32,000 bases of DNA from Thermoplasmatota archaeon (GTDB lineage Archaea > Thermoplasmatota > Penumbrarchaeia > JASLWR01): contig JASLWR010000028.1 in the NCBI GenBank assembly GCA_030740765.1, positions 6,958-38,957 on the forward strand. The letters are read 5' to 3'. The notes beneath the pieces are model-generated. The model did no database searches, was not told the origin of the DNA, and was given only the letters and a program-made list of their open reading frames with translations. Positions within the stretch are counted from its first letter, which is position 1, and each line of letters starts with the position of its first letter. Of the stretch, positions 18,101 through 26,200 are shown one piece after another. The position numbers and the translations under genes are program-made.

Positions 18101-19452
18101 CCGATGGAAATGCTTCCGAACCCTTCAAGGAGCCTGGGGCCAACGGATCCGACCTGGATGATGGAATGATCGCTGAAGAACCGGTGGCTGTTTCCGATAT
18201 GCCTGAAATGGGAGGTCTCGATATTGATTATTTCGCGCATCTCATCGAGATCACGAAACAAAAGAAGAAAGAACAAGGTAGGAGTGAAGTCAGAAGAGCA
18301 GGTCCGCCAAGGGTGCGTATTCCCCTGAAGGAGGAACGGGAACAGAATATCTACCCCGAAATTGGACTGAAAAAGAGTTATATTGAGCGGACAAGGACCA
18401 GCGATCACGTTCGTGGAACCGATTTCCAAACCATAAAGGTACCAAGAGTAGAGCCGGTGAAAATGATCGATGCGGAATTCACAGAAATAAATGACTCTTA
18501 CGGACGGCCCATAATTCCCGAACCGGAAAAAAAGACATCTCGAAAAACAGATGAGAAGATCACCGCCTTCAGCACTCCAAGCAAGTCACAGGAGATACAA
18601 AAAAGGCTGGACACTGAGATAACAGAGTTGAAAGAACCGGTAATGAAAGAACCCGAATGCGAGTACGTGACCGAAGGAAAAGGACATTTCTACATAGCAC
18701 CGGTGCTCTCGGAGATGGATATCGATAACTATGCCCAGCGGTCCCTGGAGGGAAAGGGTATATTGAAACAGAAAAAGATCGAAATGGTCTCGGAAGTAAA
18801 CATCACGTTCATTCCCATGATCCGTCTGTACTTCAGCAAGCTCGCAGGTTTCATAAAAAAGAAGAAAAAGGTATTCACCCTTTTCTTCGACCCTGTATCG
18901 GGAGAGCTGGTAAGGAAATATAAAAAGGGTCTCGCCCGAACCATGAACTTGCCGGTTTTGTTCGAGTATTCAAAAACCCAGGTGGACCTCCTTCTGGCTT
19001 TGCGCTCCAGTGCATTGACCGATATCGAATTGGGTCTGAAAACCAAGTTACGTTCCCAGGACCTGAAAAGGGCTCTCAATGCCCTTGAGAAAAAGGGCAT
19101 GGCGGAAAAGCGGGTCACTGGTGACGGATCATACACATATCGCAGAAAGATGGAATTCACATTGCCGGGAAATTTAACACGGGCGATCCCGGACATGCCG
19201 CATATCAGGGAAGGTAAATTATGCGTGGGGGCCGTAATGCCAAGGTACAAGGTGAAAGACGCGGAAAAGTTGATCCGGATAATGGATGACGGGATGACCC
19301 TGGAGGACCACGACACCGTCTACTATCCTTATTACATGGTGGAGATAGAGGGAAAAAGGGGACCTCGAAAGATATTCATCGATGGGATAAACGGCGGGGA
19401 GGACGAGGTATTGGGAGTTATAAAAAACCTGGAGATAAAGATTCCCAAATAG
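15115..19452 (+). CDS. 1445-aa multidomain protein: HerA/FtsK-superfamily (DUF87-type) P-loop ATPase + KLEKE coiled coil + DUF835-like module + acidic linker + C-terminal wHTH-containing module
   Basis: - ATPase: Walker A FICGKRGSGKSYTLG (about 15511-15534), Walker B WLLIDEAHLILP (about 16283), LATQRPAATDDNVLSQVDMMISHNL, and RPRQSYHSG, which is typical of archaeal COG0433/DUF87 ATPases.
- DUF835-like: SFLVISRSPP...SYWLSKSE...LNPHNLEKISFTIGRFLEQNRGAVIYFDGLEFLISNNDFNKVMRFIETVHEKC (about 17470-17925).
- wHTH-like: TQVDLLLALRSSALTDIELGLKTKLRSQDLKRALNALEKKGMAEKRV.
- No TM segments. Confidence 0.9.
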   Translation: MVGHMEENKPEEESKPEMKGNPGVDNDPEDENGPGMDNDPEVDGDPEVDNDPEIKNKPVQGFTPKIGMELKPLVDKENDFIVLGRTKGEHEEFGLRGLMDIGVVGESQTTGEDHLSHKIMMDNQFPHIMFICGKRGSGKSYTLGLIAEELAKSAEGIGTILIDPIGIFWSLKRENVSKNELKLLDSYGLNPMNFENVKVITPLGYEEGMEAILDGSFSISVAEMTAGDWCTVFDIRRFKAQGLLIGDALTKVREGYIAIYGNRNIEMPGKPEYYSIGDIIQCIEHDEDMQSKKKGYATSTRRSIAARFQAVGNWGLFSREGTPIQTIAARNNVTVIDVSHPKLDNDKRSLIVGIVARKILEGRIQASKKEEARSLGMPVSMEGTLPVTWLLIDEAHLILPRSGSTAATDALVNYAKLGRRPGCALVLATQRPAATDDNVLSQVDMMISHNLALEEDMVSLRKRLPSKVPPSLVTSDFIRAIPIGMGILADQKTQSRTMMVKFRPRQSYHSGKAAVPTNEVPDEGIMEGTPAQVSPILKFKVERREGSILRPSLNVDQLLIRIDSTSQERGVKKEPVFVIQGEDLLFRDKEEREKAEKEKLQKERLEKEKLEKERLEKGKLEKEKLEKEKLEKEKLEMEKLEREKLEKEKLEKEKLEMEKRLEKEKLEKERLEKGKLEKEKLEKEKLEKEKLEMEKLEKEKLERAAEKTHSKKISPKKVLDNIVDDMEELGGPKVKKKVTKGPKTNVKDKSVKEKTAKENADQWIRKAVIEKVKQAELPDIMKEILGLGHHYLFKNEDRSLAQQFTSEIIDMGKSSFLVISRSPPARSKSLFEGRQSKSYWLSKSETKESLNPHNLEKISFTIGRFLEQNRGAVIYFDGLEFLISNNDFNKVMRFIETVHEKCQLMEGAVIFPFTPEIISKRDMSRVQTEMDVLFEKEDLLPFSLGRSGSEGGKETVKKAEAEGEHGREMREEKEDSPEGIISWDEDGNEEMEAVKADGNASEPFKEPGANGSDLDDGMIAEEPVAVSDMPEMGGLDIDYFAHLIEITKQKKKEQGRSEVRRAGPPRVRIPLKEEREQNIYPEIGLKKSYIERTRTSDHVRGTDFQTIKVPRVEPVKMIDAEFTEINDSYGRPIIPEPEKKTSRKTDEKITAFSTPSKSQEIQKRLDTEITELKEPVMKEPECEYVTEGKGHFYIAPVLSEMDIDNYAQRSLEGKGILKQKKIEMVSEVNITFIPMIRLYFSKLAGFIKKKKKVFTLFFDPVSGELVRKYKKGLARTMNLPVLFEYSKTQVDLLLALRSSALTDIELGLKTKLRSQDLKRALNALEKKGMAEKRVTGDGSYTYRRKMEFTLPGNLTRAIPDMPHIREGKLCVGAVMPRYKVKDAEKLIRIMDDGMTLEDHDTVYYPYYMVEIEGKRGPRKIFIDGINGGEDEVLGVIKNLEIKIPK
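15175..15275 (+). repeat. In-frame acidic repeat (GATAACGATCCRGAAG units, peptide (V)DNDPE) at the N-terminus of the giant ATPase
   Basis: GGATAACGATCC[A/G]GAA occurs at about 15186, 15222 and 15258, with a GATGGCGATCCGGAAG variant at 15241. The peptide is NPGVDNDPEDENGPGMDNDPEVDGDPEVDNDPE. Confidence 0.85.
16897..17223 (+). repeat. In-frame 15-nt (pentapeptide K/R-LEKE) tandem array, about 22 units, with a 168-nt higher-order duplication
   Basis: The peptide reads EKEKLQKERLEKEKLEKERLEKGKLEKEKLEKEKLEKEKLEMEKLEREKLEKEKLEKEKLEMEKRLEKEKLEKERLEKGKLEKEKLEKEKLEKEKLEMEKLEKEKLER. By my alignment, nt 16924-17052 and 17092-17220 are identical except for one position (17039 G vs 17207 A). Confidence 0.92.
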
Positions 19453-19564
19453 ATGGCAGGGTTAATGGTTAATTTTAGAGGTTGGCTCTGAAATTTATGG
19501 AATCGAATTCAAAAGTGGACGGACCCATGAATGATAATTAACAGAAGGATCAAATGGTAATTGG

Positions 19565-20251
19565 GTGAGTATGATAAGCAAGAACATCATCGAAACGGAA
19601 AACCTGTCTAAGACCTACAAGATTGGGCCGAATCCGGTCCACGCTATCAGGGACCTGTCGCTTTCTATTCCACGGGGGGCCTTCTGGGCAATAGAAGGGA
19701 GTTCGGGATCGGGGAAATCGACACTCCTGAACATGCTGGGATGTATCGACAGGCCTTCAAGCGGAAAAGTTATTTTCGACGGCGAGGACGTTTCGAAGAA
19801 GAGCGATTCCATGCTCACCAGGCTTCGATTGATGAACATAGGTTTCGTTTTCCAGCAGTTCTACCTGATACCCACGCTGAAAGCTATAGAGAACATAACG
19901 CTTCCCATGAAGGAAGCCGGTATTGGTAGGTCAAAGAGACGGGATCGGGCCTTGGAGCTTCTGGAAATGATGGGACTTCGTAAAAGGGCCAATCATCATC
20001 CAAATCAATTGTCCGGGGGTGAACAGCAAAGGGTGGCCATAGCCAGAGCCCTTGCGAACAATCCAAAGGTGATCCTTGCAGACGAGCCAACAGGTGAACT
20101 GGATTCAGGGACTGGTGGGAAGATCGCCGAACTTCTTGCTATGCTCAACAAGGAAAAGGGGATAACGGTGGTGGTAGTCACCCACGACCGTGCAATGGCT
20201 TCGAGGGCATCTCGGAGAATTTCACTCACGGACGGACGGCTGGATGCTTAA
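19565..20251 (+). CDS. ABC transporter ATP-binding protein, MacB/LolD-like (COG1136 type)
   Basis: Walker A GSSGSGKSTL, Q-loop, signature LSGGEQQRVAIARAL, Walker B ILADEPTGELD, H-loop VTHD. The start is ambiguous between the GTG at 19565 and the ATG at 19571. Confidence 0.9.
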   Translation: MSMISKNIIETENLSKTYKIGPNPVHAIRDLSLSIPRGAFWAIEGSSGSGKSTLLNMLGCIDRPSSGKVIFDGEDVSKKSDSMLTRLRLMNIGFVFQQFYLIPTLKAIENITLPMKEAGIGRSKRRDRALELLEMMGLRKRANHHPNQLSGGEQQRVAIARALANNPKVILADEPTGELDSGTGGKIAELLAMLNKEKGITVVVVTHDRAMASRASRRISLTDGRLDA

Positions 20252-20261
20252 TAACTAAACC

Positions 20262-20975
20262 ATGATGAGTGTGAATATGCTTCTGAAAGATAATTTGAAA
20301 GTTGTTGTGACGGATGTTGATGCAACCATTACTGATGATCATCGGAGGATCGACCTGGAATCCATTGGAATGATCCGTGCGTTGAGGGATGTAGGAATCC
20401 CTACAATACTGGCCTCCGGAAACGCATATCCGGTTATTTTATATCTCGCAAAATTCATCGGAACCGCATCTCCTGTGGTGGCCGAGAATGGCGGCGTTGT
20501 GGGCTGGGAAGAACGGGACATAAAAAAAGTACTCGGCAGCAGGGAGAAACCTCTTGCCTTCGTGGAAGACCTGAAGAAAGAATATCAAATAACTCATCTC
20601 GAAAGTGACGCTTGGAGGGAAAGCGAGGTAGTTATCACCAGAGATTTACACTACGAAAACCTTTCTGCCCTGGCGGCAAGTAGTGGTCTTAAGGTGGAGG
20701 ATACGAAATTCGCCTATCACATCTCGCAGCCAGAGGTGAGGAAAGCCGCAGGTGTGCTTGTTGCCCTGGGTCTCCTGGGCCTCGAAGCCTCGGATGCTTT
20801 TGCCATTGGTGACTCCCAGAATGACGTCGAAATGTGCGAGATGTGTGGGCAGGGAGCGGCTGTTGCCAATGCCACCGACGAAATGAAGAGTGCTGCGGAC
20901 TACGTCGCACTGGGCTCTCACGGGGCTGGTTTTGTGGAGATCATAAGGAGATTCTTCCCAGTCCTTACCAAATGA
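20262..20975 (+). CDS. HAD-IIB hydrolase, archaeal phosphoglycolate phosphatase-like
   Basis: Motif I VVTDVDATITD (DxDxT), ASGNAYP, and motif IV GDSQNDVEM. The size and layout match archaeal PGP/SPP-like HADs. The gene starts 10 nt after the ABC gene. Confidence 0.85.
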   Translation: MMSVNMLLKDNLKVVVTDVDATITDDHRRIDLESIGMIRALRDVGIPTILASGNAYPVILYLAKFIGTASPVVAENGGVVGWEERDIKKVLGSREKPLAFVEDLKKEYQITHLESDAWRESEVVITRDLHYENLSALAASSGLKVEDTKFAYHISQPEVRKAAGVLVALGLLGLEASDAFAIGDSQNDVEMCEMCGQGAAVANATDEMKSAADYVALGSHGAGFVEIIRRFFPVLTK

Positions 20976-21065
20976 ATAATTGGAAATATTTTGGAGAAAC
21001 TCCGTTTTTCGACCACAATTATATTAAAACAGCTCAGTATTTCTCCCCTCCGTACCATTATCTGT

Positions 21066-21164
21066 GCCGGGGTGGCTCAGCCTGGCGGAGCGTCGGACTC
21101 ATAGGGAACTACAATCAGCTCCTGGGCTATCCGAAGGTCGCGGGTTCAAACCCCGCCCCCGGCA
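21066..21164 (+). tRNA. tRNA-Met(CAU), elongator type (or Ile2-CAU), with a 25-nt intron at 37/38 (21104-21128)
   Basis: Hand fold:
- Acceptor GCCGGGG/CCCCGGC.
- D stem GCTC/GAGC.
- Anticodon stem TCGGA/TCCGA, loop CT-CAT-A|intron|A.
- T arm GCGGG-TTCAAAC-CCCGC.
- Discriminator A; no encoded CCA.
- The intron forms a canonical BHB: a 4-bp helix C32-U33-C34-A35 with intron UGGG, flanked by 3-nt bulges UA|G and CU|A. Confidence 0.9.
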
Positions 21165-21223
21165 CTTTTCCTATTTTTAAGGGACGATAATCCGATTCAG
21201 TTTATCCGTAGGAAACAGCAGAA

Positions 21224-21299
21224 GACCCCCGTTTTTAAATGGGGGATCAATGCTTCTTCGGATGTTTCCGAGGATGATACCCACATTTCAAATGTGGGT
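21224..21299 (+). promoter_or_regulatory. Three consecutive hairpins, including a perfect 10-bp-arm palindrome, between tRNA-Met and pth2
   Basis: - CCCCC(21226-30)/GGGGG(21241-45).
- CTTCGGA(21256-62)/TCCGAGG(21267-73), with one G-U pair.
- ACCCACATTT-c-AAATGTGGGT (21279-21299), perfect.
The function is unknown. It could be an operator, an RNA element or a terminator. Confidence 0.35.
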
Positions 21300-21349
21300 T
21301 GTTCATTTTCTATTGTTGACCTCACACAGGATAAAAGGATGTGTAAGTA

Positions 21350-21703
21350 ATGAAGTACAAATTGGTCGTGGCGGTTAGAAGAGACCTTGGTCTCTCAAAG
21401 GGTAAAACGGCGGTACAGGTTGCCCATGCTGCTGTCTCCTGCGCACTAGCGGCCCAGAAACAATACCCGAAGATAACGGAGGAATGGCTCGGGGAAGGCC
21501 AAAGAAAGGTAGTTGTCCGGGTTCCAGGTGTAAAGGAGATATTCGAACTGAAAAGATTGGCCTCCAAAATGGATATTGTAAACTATGTGGTGGCCGATGC
21601 GGGACTCACGGAGGTGGAACCTGGCACGATTACCTGTATCGGGCTCGGCCCCGACAAGGAAAGTCTTCTTGACCCTTTTACGGGCGAATTGAAATTGATG
21701 TAG
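21350..21703 (+). CDS. pth2: Peptidyl-tRNA hydrolase, archaeal/eukaryotic Pth2 type
   Basis: 117 aa. KLVVAVRRDLGLSKGKTAVQVAHAAV...VVVRV...VADAGLTEVEPGTITCIGLGP is the classic Pth2 pattern. Confidence 0.92.
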   Translation: MKYKLVVAVRRDLGLSKGKTAVQVAHAAVSCALAAQKQYPKITEEWLGEGQRKVVVRVPGVKEIFELKRLASKMDIVNYVVADAGLTEVEPGTITCIGLGPDKESLLDPFTGELKLM

Positions 21704-22291
21704 ATGTGCGTGTGTAAAATGAATAAGAACCGGAGAATCCTGGCTATCGATGATGGGCCGTTCAAGTTTGGGGACGAAATGACGGATATTGTAGGTGTGA
21801 TCTCTCGTGGGCCCTCCTATCTCGAGGCGATCATGAAGGATTCAGTGCAGGTGGACGGACGAGATTCTACAGAAAAGATAATTACCATGATCAAAAGCAG
21901 TAGATACCTGGAGCAGGTGAACGTCATAATGCTTGACGGGGGTGCTTTCGGTGGATTCAATGTTTTCGATATATTCGAGATCAACGAGAGACTGGACATT
22001 CCGGTAATGACTGTTACGCGCAGACTCCCGGATCATGAAAGGATAAAAAAGGCACTCTCCGCCCACTTTGAGGACTGGGAAGAGCGATTTGCTATAATAT
22101 CAAAAGGGAATATTGATGAGCTTCCGGTAAAACGTGGTAAAGCTTATGTGAAAAGGGCCGGATTGGATATTGGTAGGAGCAAGGCTCTTCTTGCAAGGTT
22201 CACGGTGCATGGCGTCATCCCGGAGCCTTTACGTATGGCACACATGGTGGCTACTATACTTAAAAAGAATATTTGCACGGGAAAAGCCTGA
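21704..22291 (+). CDS. DUF99 (UPF0215) family protein, EndoV-like fold
   Basis: 195 aa. ILAIDDGPF, VGVISRG, VDGRDSTEKI and IMLDGGAFGGFNVFD are typical of archaeal DUF99. The ATG abuts the pth2 TAG stop. Confidence 0.85.
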   Translation: MCVCKMNKNRRILAIDDGPFKFGDEMTDIVGVISRGPSYLEAIMKDSVQVDGRDSTEKIITMIKSSRYLEQVNVIMLDGGAFGGFNVFDIFEINERLDIPVMTVTRRLPDHERIKKALSAHFEDWEERFAIISKGNIDELPVKRGKAYVKRAGLDIGRSKALLARFTVHGVIPEPLRMAHMVATILKKNICTGKA

Positions 22292-22303
22292 ATTTCAGGC
22301 TGA

Positions 22304-23065
22304 TCATTCCTCGGTCTTCGTTCTGACCTTTCGTCTCTTCGTGGGTCTTTTCGACAGATCCTGTGACTTGTATATGGAATAAGGCACTTTCGAACGTTTT
22401 CTTGTGGTCTTAGGACTTTCTAGCTCGTCTTCCACTTCCTCGACAACAATGGGCTCCACTATCAAAGATTTGAAGGTTTCATCGAACTCGCGCATGATTT
22501 CACGTTTGAACAGTTCCAGTTTTCCCTGCCCCTGCTCCCACTCAAGTTCCAGCTGGGAAAGAGTTCCCACTGCCATGGAGTCGAAATAAGTTTTCAGTAT
22601 CTTTTCAAAAAAGAAATCTTTGAGAACTTCGAACTCCAAACTTGATATGTTCTTATTCATGGCGAGATACCGACTGCCCAAATATTTACATAGCTCCCTG
22701 ACGCTGACGTTCTCATATGAAAAGAATCCCTGCGCCATTTTTATTCCCGGAAAGATGCTTTTAAATCGGGTCTGGTTCTCGGTACTTTCCATTATCGATA
22801 TGAACTTCCTAACCGGAGTGATGTTCTTTTTCATGAAATATTCACTCATGTGTGTGAGATTCTTCAATTCCCGGATGTCGGTTTTCTCCTCAATGTTGGT
22901 TATGTCAAGATTATGCATCAGGACGACTCCGAGAAACAAGCTGGTAGTGTCCTCGATATTGCGATAAAATATCTTTGAAAGAGGATGGCCCGATTCCTTT
23001 GAGATGAATTCCATGGTTCTCTTTAATTTTGAGGGGACCTTTAACGCGAATATTTTTTTTGCCAT
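22304..23065 (-). CDS. Hypothetical protein, possible N-terminal ribbon-helix-helix, basic C-terminal tail
   Basis: 253 aa, with the ATG at 23065 preceded by an AGGTG SD. The N-terminus KIFALKVPSKLKRTMEFISKESGHPLSKIF looks like a beta-strand plus helix RHH start. The C-terminus is TTRKRSKVP...KRPTKRRKVRTKTEE. I recognise no family. Confidence 0.7.
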   Translation of the reverse strand: MAKKIFALKVPSKLKRTMEFISKESGHPLSKIFYRNIEDTTSLFLGVVLMHNLDITNIEEKTDIRELKNLTHMSEYFMKKNITPVRKFISIMESTENQTRFKSIFPGIKMAQGFFSYENVSVRELCKYLGSRYLAMNKNISSLEFEVLKDFFFEKILKTYFDSMAVGTLSQLELEWEQGQGKLELFKREIMREFDETFKSLIVEPIVVEEVEDELESPKTTRKRSKVPYSIYKSQDLSKRPTKRRKVRTKTEE

Positions 23066-23111
23066 ATTTCACACCTGAGGCTCGAAATAATAAGTACTAT
23101 TGTTTAATAAA

Positions 23112-23174
23112 CGTTAAACTATTTATCAATATTCGTTAAATATATTTATATCATATAGTTTAAGATTAGTTTAA
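23112..23174. promoter_or_regulatory. Two pairs of helically phased direct repeats in the divergent promoter region
   Basis: CGTTAAA occurs at 23112-18 and 23134-40 (22-nt phase). TAGTTTAA occurs at 23156-63 and 23167-74 (11-nt phase). Both pairs were read directly. Confidence 0.4.
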
Positions 23175-23185
23175 TATGCCTACCA

Positions 23186-23198
23186 AAATATTTATATT
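23186..23198 (+). promoter_or_regulatory. TATA-like box for the giant surface-protein gene
   Basis: AAAATATTTATATT lies about 50-60 nt upstream of the ATG at 23248. A GAGGT SD is at 23236-40. Confidence 0.4.
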
Positions 23199-23247
23199 CC
23201 AAGGAAAGCGATTAGGGGTATAATGAATTTTTTCAGAGGTAGATAAA

Positions 23248-26200
23248 ATGGGAACTAACGAGACAGCAAAACGAACGATAAACATAATGATAGTCATCAG
23301 CATGATTTTGGGATCCCTTTCCGCAATGATATTCCTGGCGGACAGGGTGAGCGCAGGACCGATAGTTGTAATCGAGGTGACAGGTCAGAAGAGCGGCACG
23401 GCCACGGAGAATGGAGACCCCGGCGATGATATACTCTTCAACGTGAGAGTTGAGAACAATGGAGACTCAATTGCCACCATAAACCTCACAATACTCGGCG
23501 CGCCAGGGGGGTGGTCATCAACGTTAACGGGAATTAATTTCACAGTAAGTGCCGGTAATCATCAAACAGAGATACTCCGAGTAAGCATTCCAGCCAATGC
23601 CGTCGAGACTGCATCGGCATCATTAACCGTAAAATGTACCACAAATAACAAACAGGATACTTGCGAGGTTTTGGTTGACCAGGTTTACGGGTTAATCTTC
23701 GAATCGGCAGATACGATAGAATCGTCCCTCCCGGATAAAACTATCACATTCACCCTGCCGGTAAACAATACCGGAAACGGTATCGATACTACATCCTTTA
23801 CAGAAAGCGGAGCTCCTGGTGCTTGGGCTGTTTCATTCGATTCCACTAAGAACCTACCTGCATTCACGGTTGCAAATCTCGAGGTTGCCGTATACATACC
23901 TGAAAGCGCCTCCACTGGAACATACAGTATAACAGTCAGGGGAACTTCAGAGGACACGGTTACCTATTCGACAAAGACACTGACCGTAACGGTCCTTGCA
24001 GAATACGGGCTTACCGTGAGTACACTGCCTTCGGGGAACCTGGAAACCAAACCCGGGGGAAAAGTGACTTACACTTTGAACGTAGAGAACGTGGGCAATG
24101 CGAGGGACCGATTTAATCTTGCAATAGATACCGGTAACAAAACAGCAGGGTGGACCGCCACTCTGGGTACTGCCAGAACCCCTCAGGTTTCCGCCGGAGC
24201 TAAATATAATGTATCTTTATACGTGACAGCTCCAATTGGTGCCAAGGATACAGATCTGGGATATGTCAATGTAACCGCGACATCTCATAACAACGGCAGC
24301 CAATCCGAAATGGCATACACCATCACCAACGTGCTTCAGGAAAGATACCTATCCCTATCTGTTGATAATTCCTCGGTGGAGGGACCACAGAAGGGCACGG
24401 TCCGTTTCACTTTTACCCTTACCAATTCCGGAAACGGCCAGGATCGGGTGGATATAACAGGGACGCCTCCGCAGGGATGGTCCTCTCCGAACATTTCCCC
24501 TACCTATTTTGCACTCGGTGCAAGTGCCACTGGGCAGTTCACGGTGGATCAGGCCATACCTTCTGACGCACTTCACCAGGGTTATACCCTGATCGTTACG
24601 GCCAAATCCAGGGATGACAATACCAACAGTACGTCCAGCGTCACCGTTGACGTTACACAAAAATACGGGATACAGGTGACGGTGCCCGGCTCGAACTCAA
24701 AGGATTTCAATCCGGGGGAAACAAAGGTATACAACTTTACCGTGAAGAACAAAGGCAACGGTGAAGACACGTTCTCGATTTCCCAGAGCGGGATACCTCA
24801 AGGGTGGTCATGGGCATTATCGGACAGCAGCGTAACCCTTGGAGCAGCAAAGGAACAGAATGTGGGATTGGCTGTCACCGTACCAAACAACTACGAGAAC
24901 TTCGGCCCCCTGGAAGTGGAACTGATAGCAGTATCGGACGGCAACGCTACAGCCAGGGACAACTCCACCAAGATAATCATTAACGTTCAGAAGTCTTACA
25001 GCGTTGTACTGACCTGCAATAACCCGAACAAGAACGGATTCCCTGAGGATACGATATATTATGAAATAACAATCACAAACGACGGTAATGCGGAAGATCT
25101 TATCGAAATATCCATTGACGCAGGAGATTACAGCGATTGGTCTTCCATTAATGATACGCTATACACAATCGCACCCAACACATACTCCACCGTGAACCTG
25201 ACTGTAACCATACCCGCGGATCAGCCCGCTGGATATTATCATGTTAACATAACAGCCACCTCCAAACGGGCTGAGGATCAGGGAGATGATAAAAAAGATA
25301 CAATGGCCACCCGCACCAGGGTCAAACCGCTCTTCTCTGTTTATCTCTTTCCCGACGGAGGCAACGTTTCCGATGTCGCCGCCGGTATGAGCCACACTTA
25401 CCTACTTGGAGTGCAGAACCGGGGGCTGGATACCGATACCTTTGATATTTCCATTACTGGTGACAACCCGTTCACGAACTGGGTTAACATGGAGTTTAAT
25501 AATTATACTATTGAGAATCTTGGTAGAGATAAGATCGAAAGGATATCCTTTGACACGACCATCCCGGCAAATGTCTATGAAAACTATCCCAACATCAACT
25601 CTGGCACTATTACTATAACCGCTGCATCACGAGGCAACCCCGCCAGTACTTTTGCTCTCAATTTCGAAACCACCGTGAAGGCTAAATTCGGAGGTTCCCT
25701 TACATCCGAGAGCGACTACGACAGCGCATTGCCCGGGGAAAACGTCACCTTTATAGTATATCTTAAAAACACCGGATCGCTGGCAAACGATACCTTCGGG
25801 TTGAAATCACCCGACTGCCCCTTTGACCAGATTACAATCACACCGTCCCAGGTAGTGGTCAATCGTTCCGAATTTCAGGAATTCCAGATTGTTGTATTGA
25901 TAGACGATGATGCGAAAGAGGGAAATCACTTATTCAACGTTTCAGCAAGAACCGCGGGATCTGACCGGGTACTCTCGAGAGATGATGAGATCATTGCGAC
26001 ACTCCAGTTAAAGATTGGCGTTATCCAGAGATACGGTGCCAGAGCCTCCTGCGCGCTCCAAACCCAGAACGTGGCACCGAATGACTGGGTCACCTACGAG
26101 ATAGAAATCGAGAATGAGGGAAACGGTCTGGACACCTTCGATATCACCAAGGATTCCACCGTCGTGGGCCACATAGGTTGGGCCAAGATCAACATTTCCC

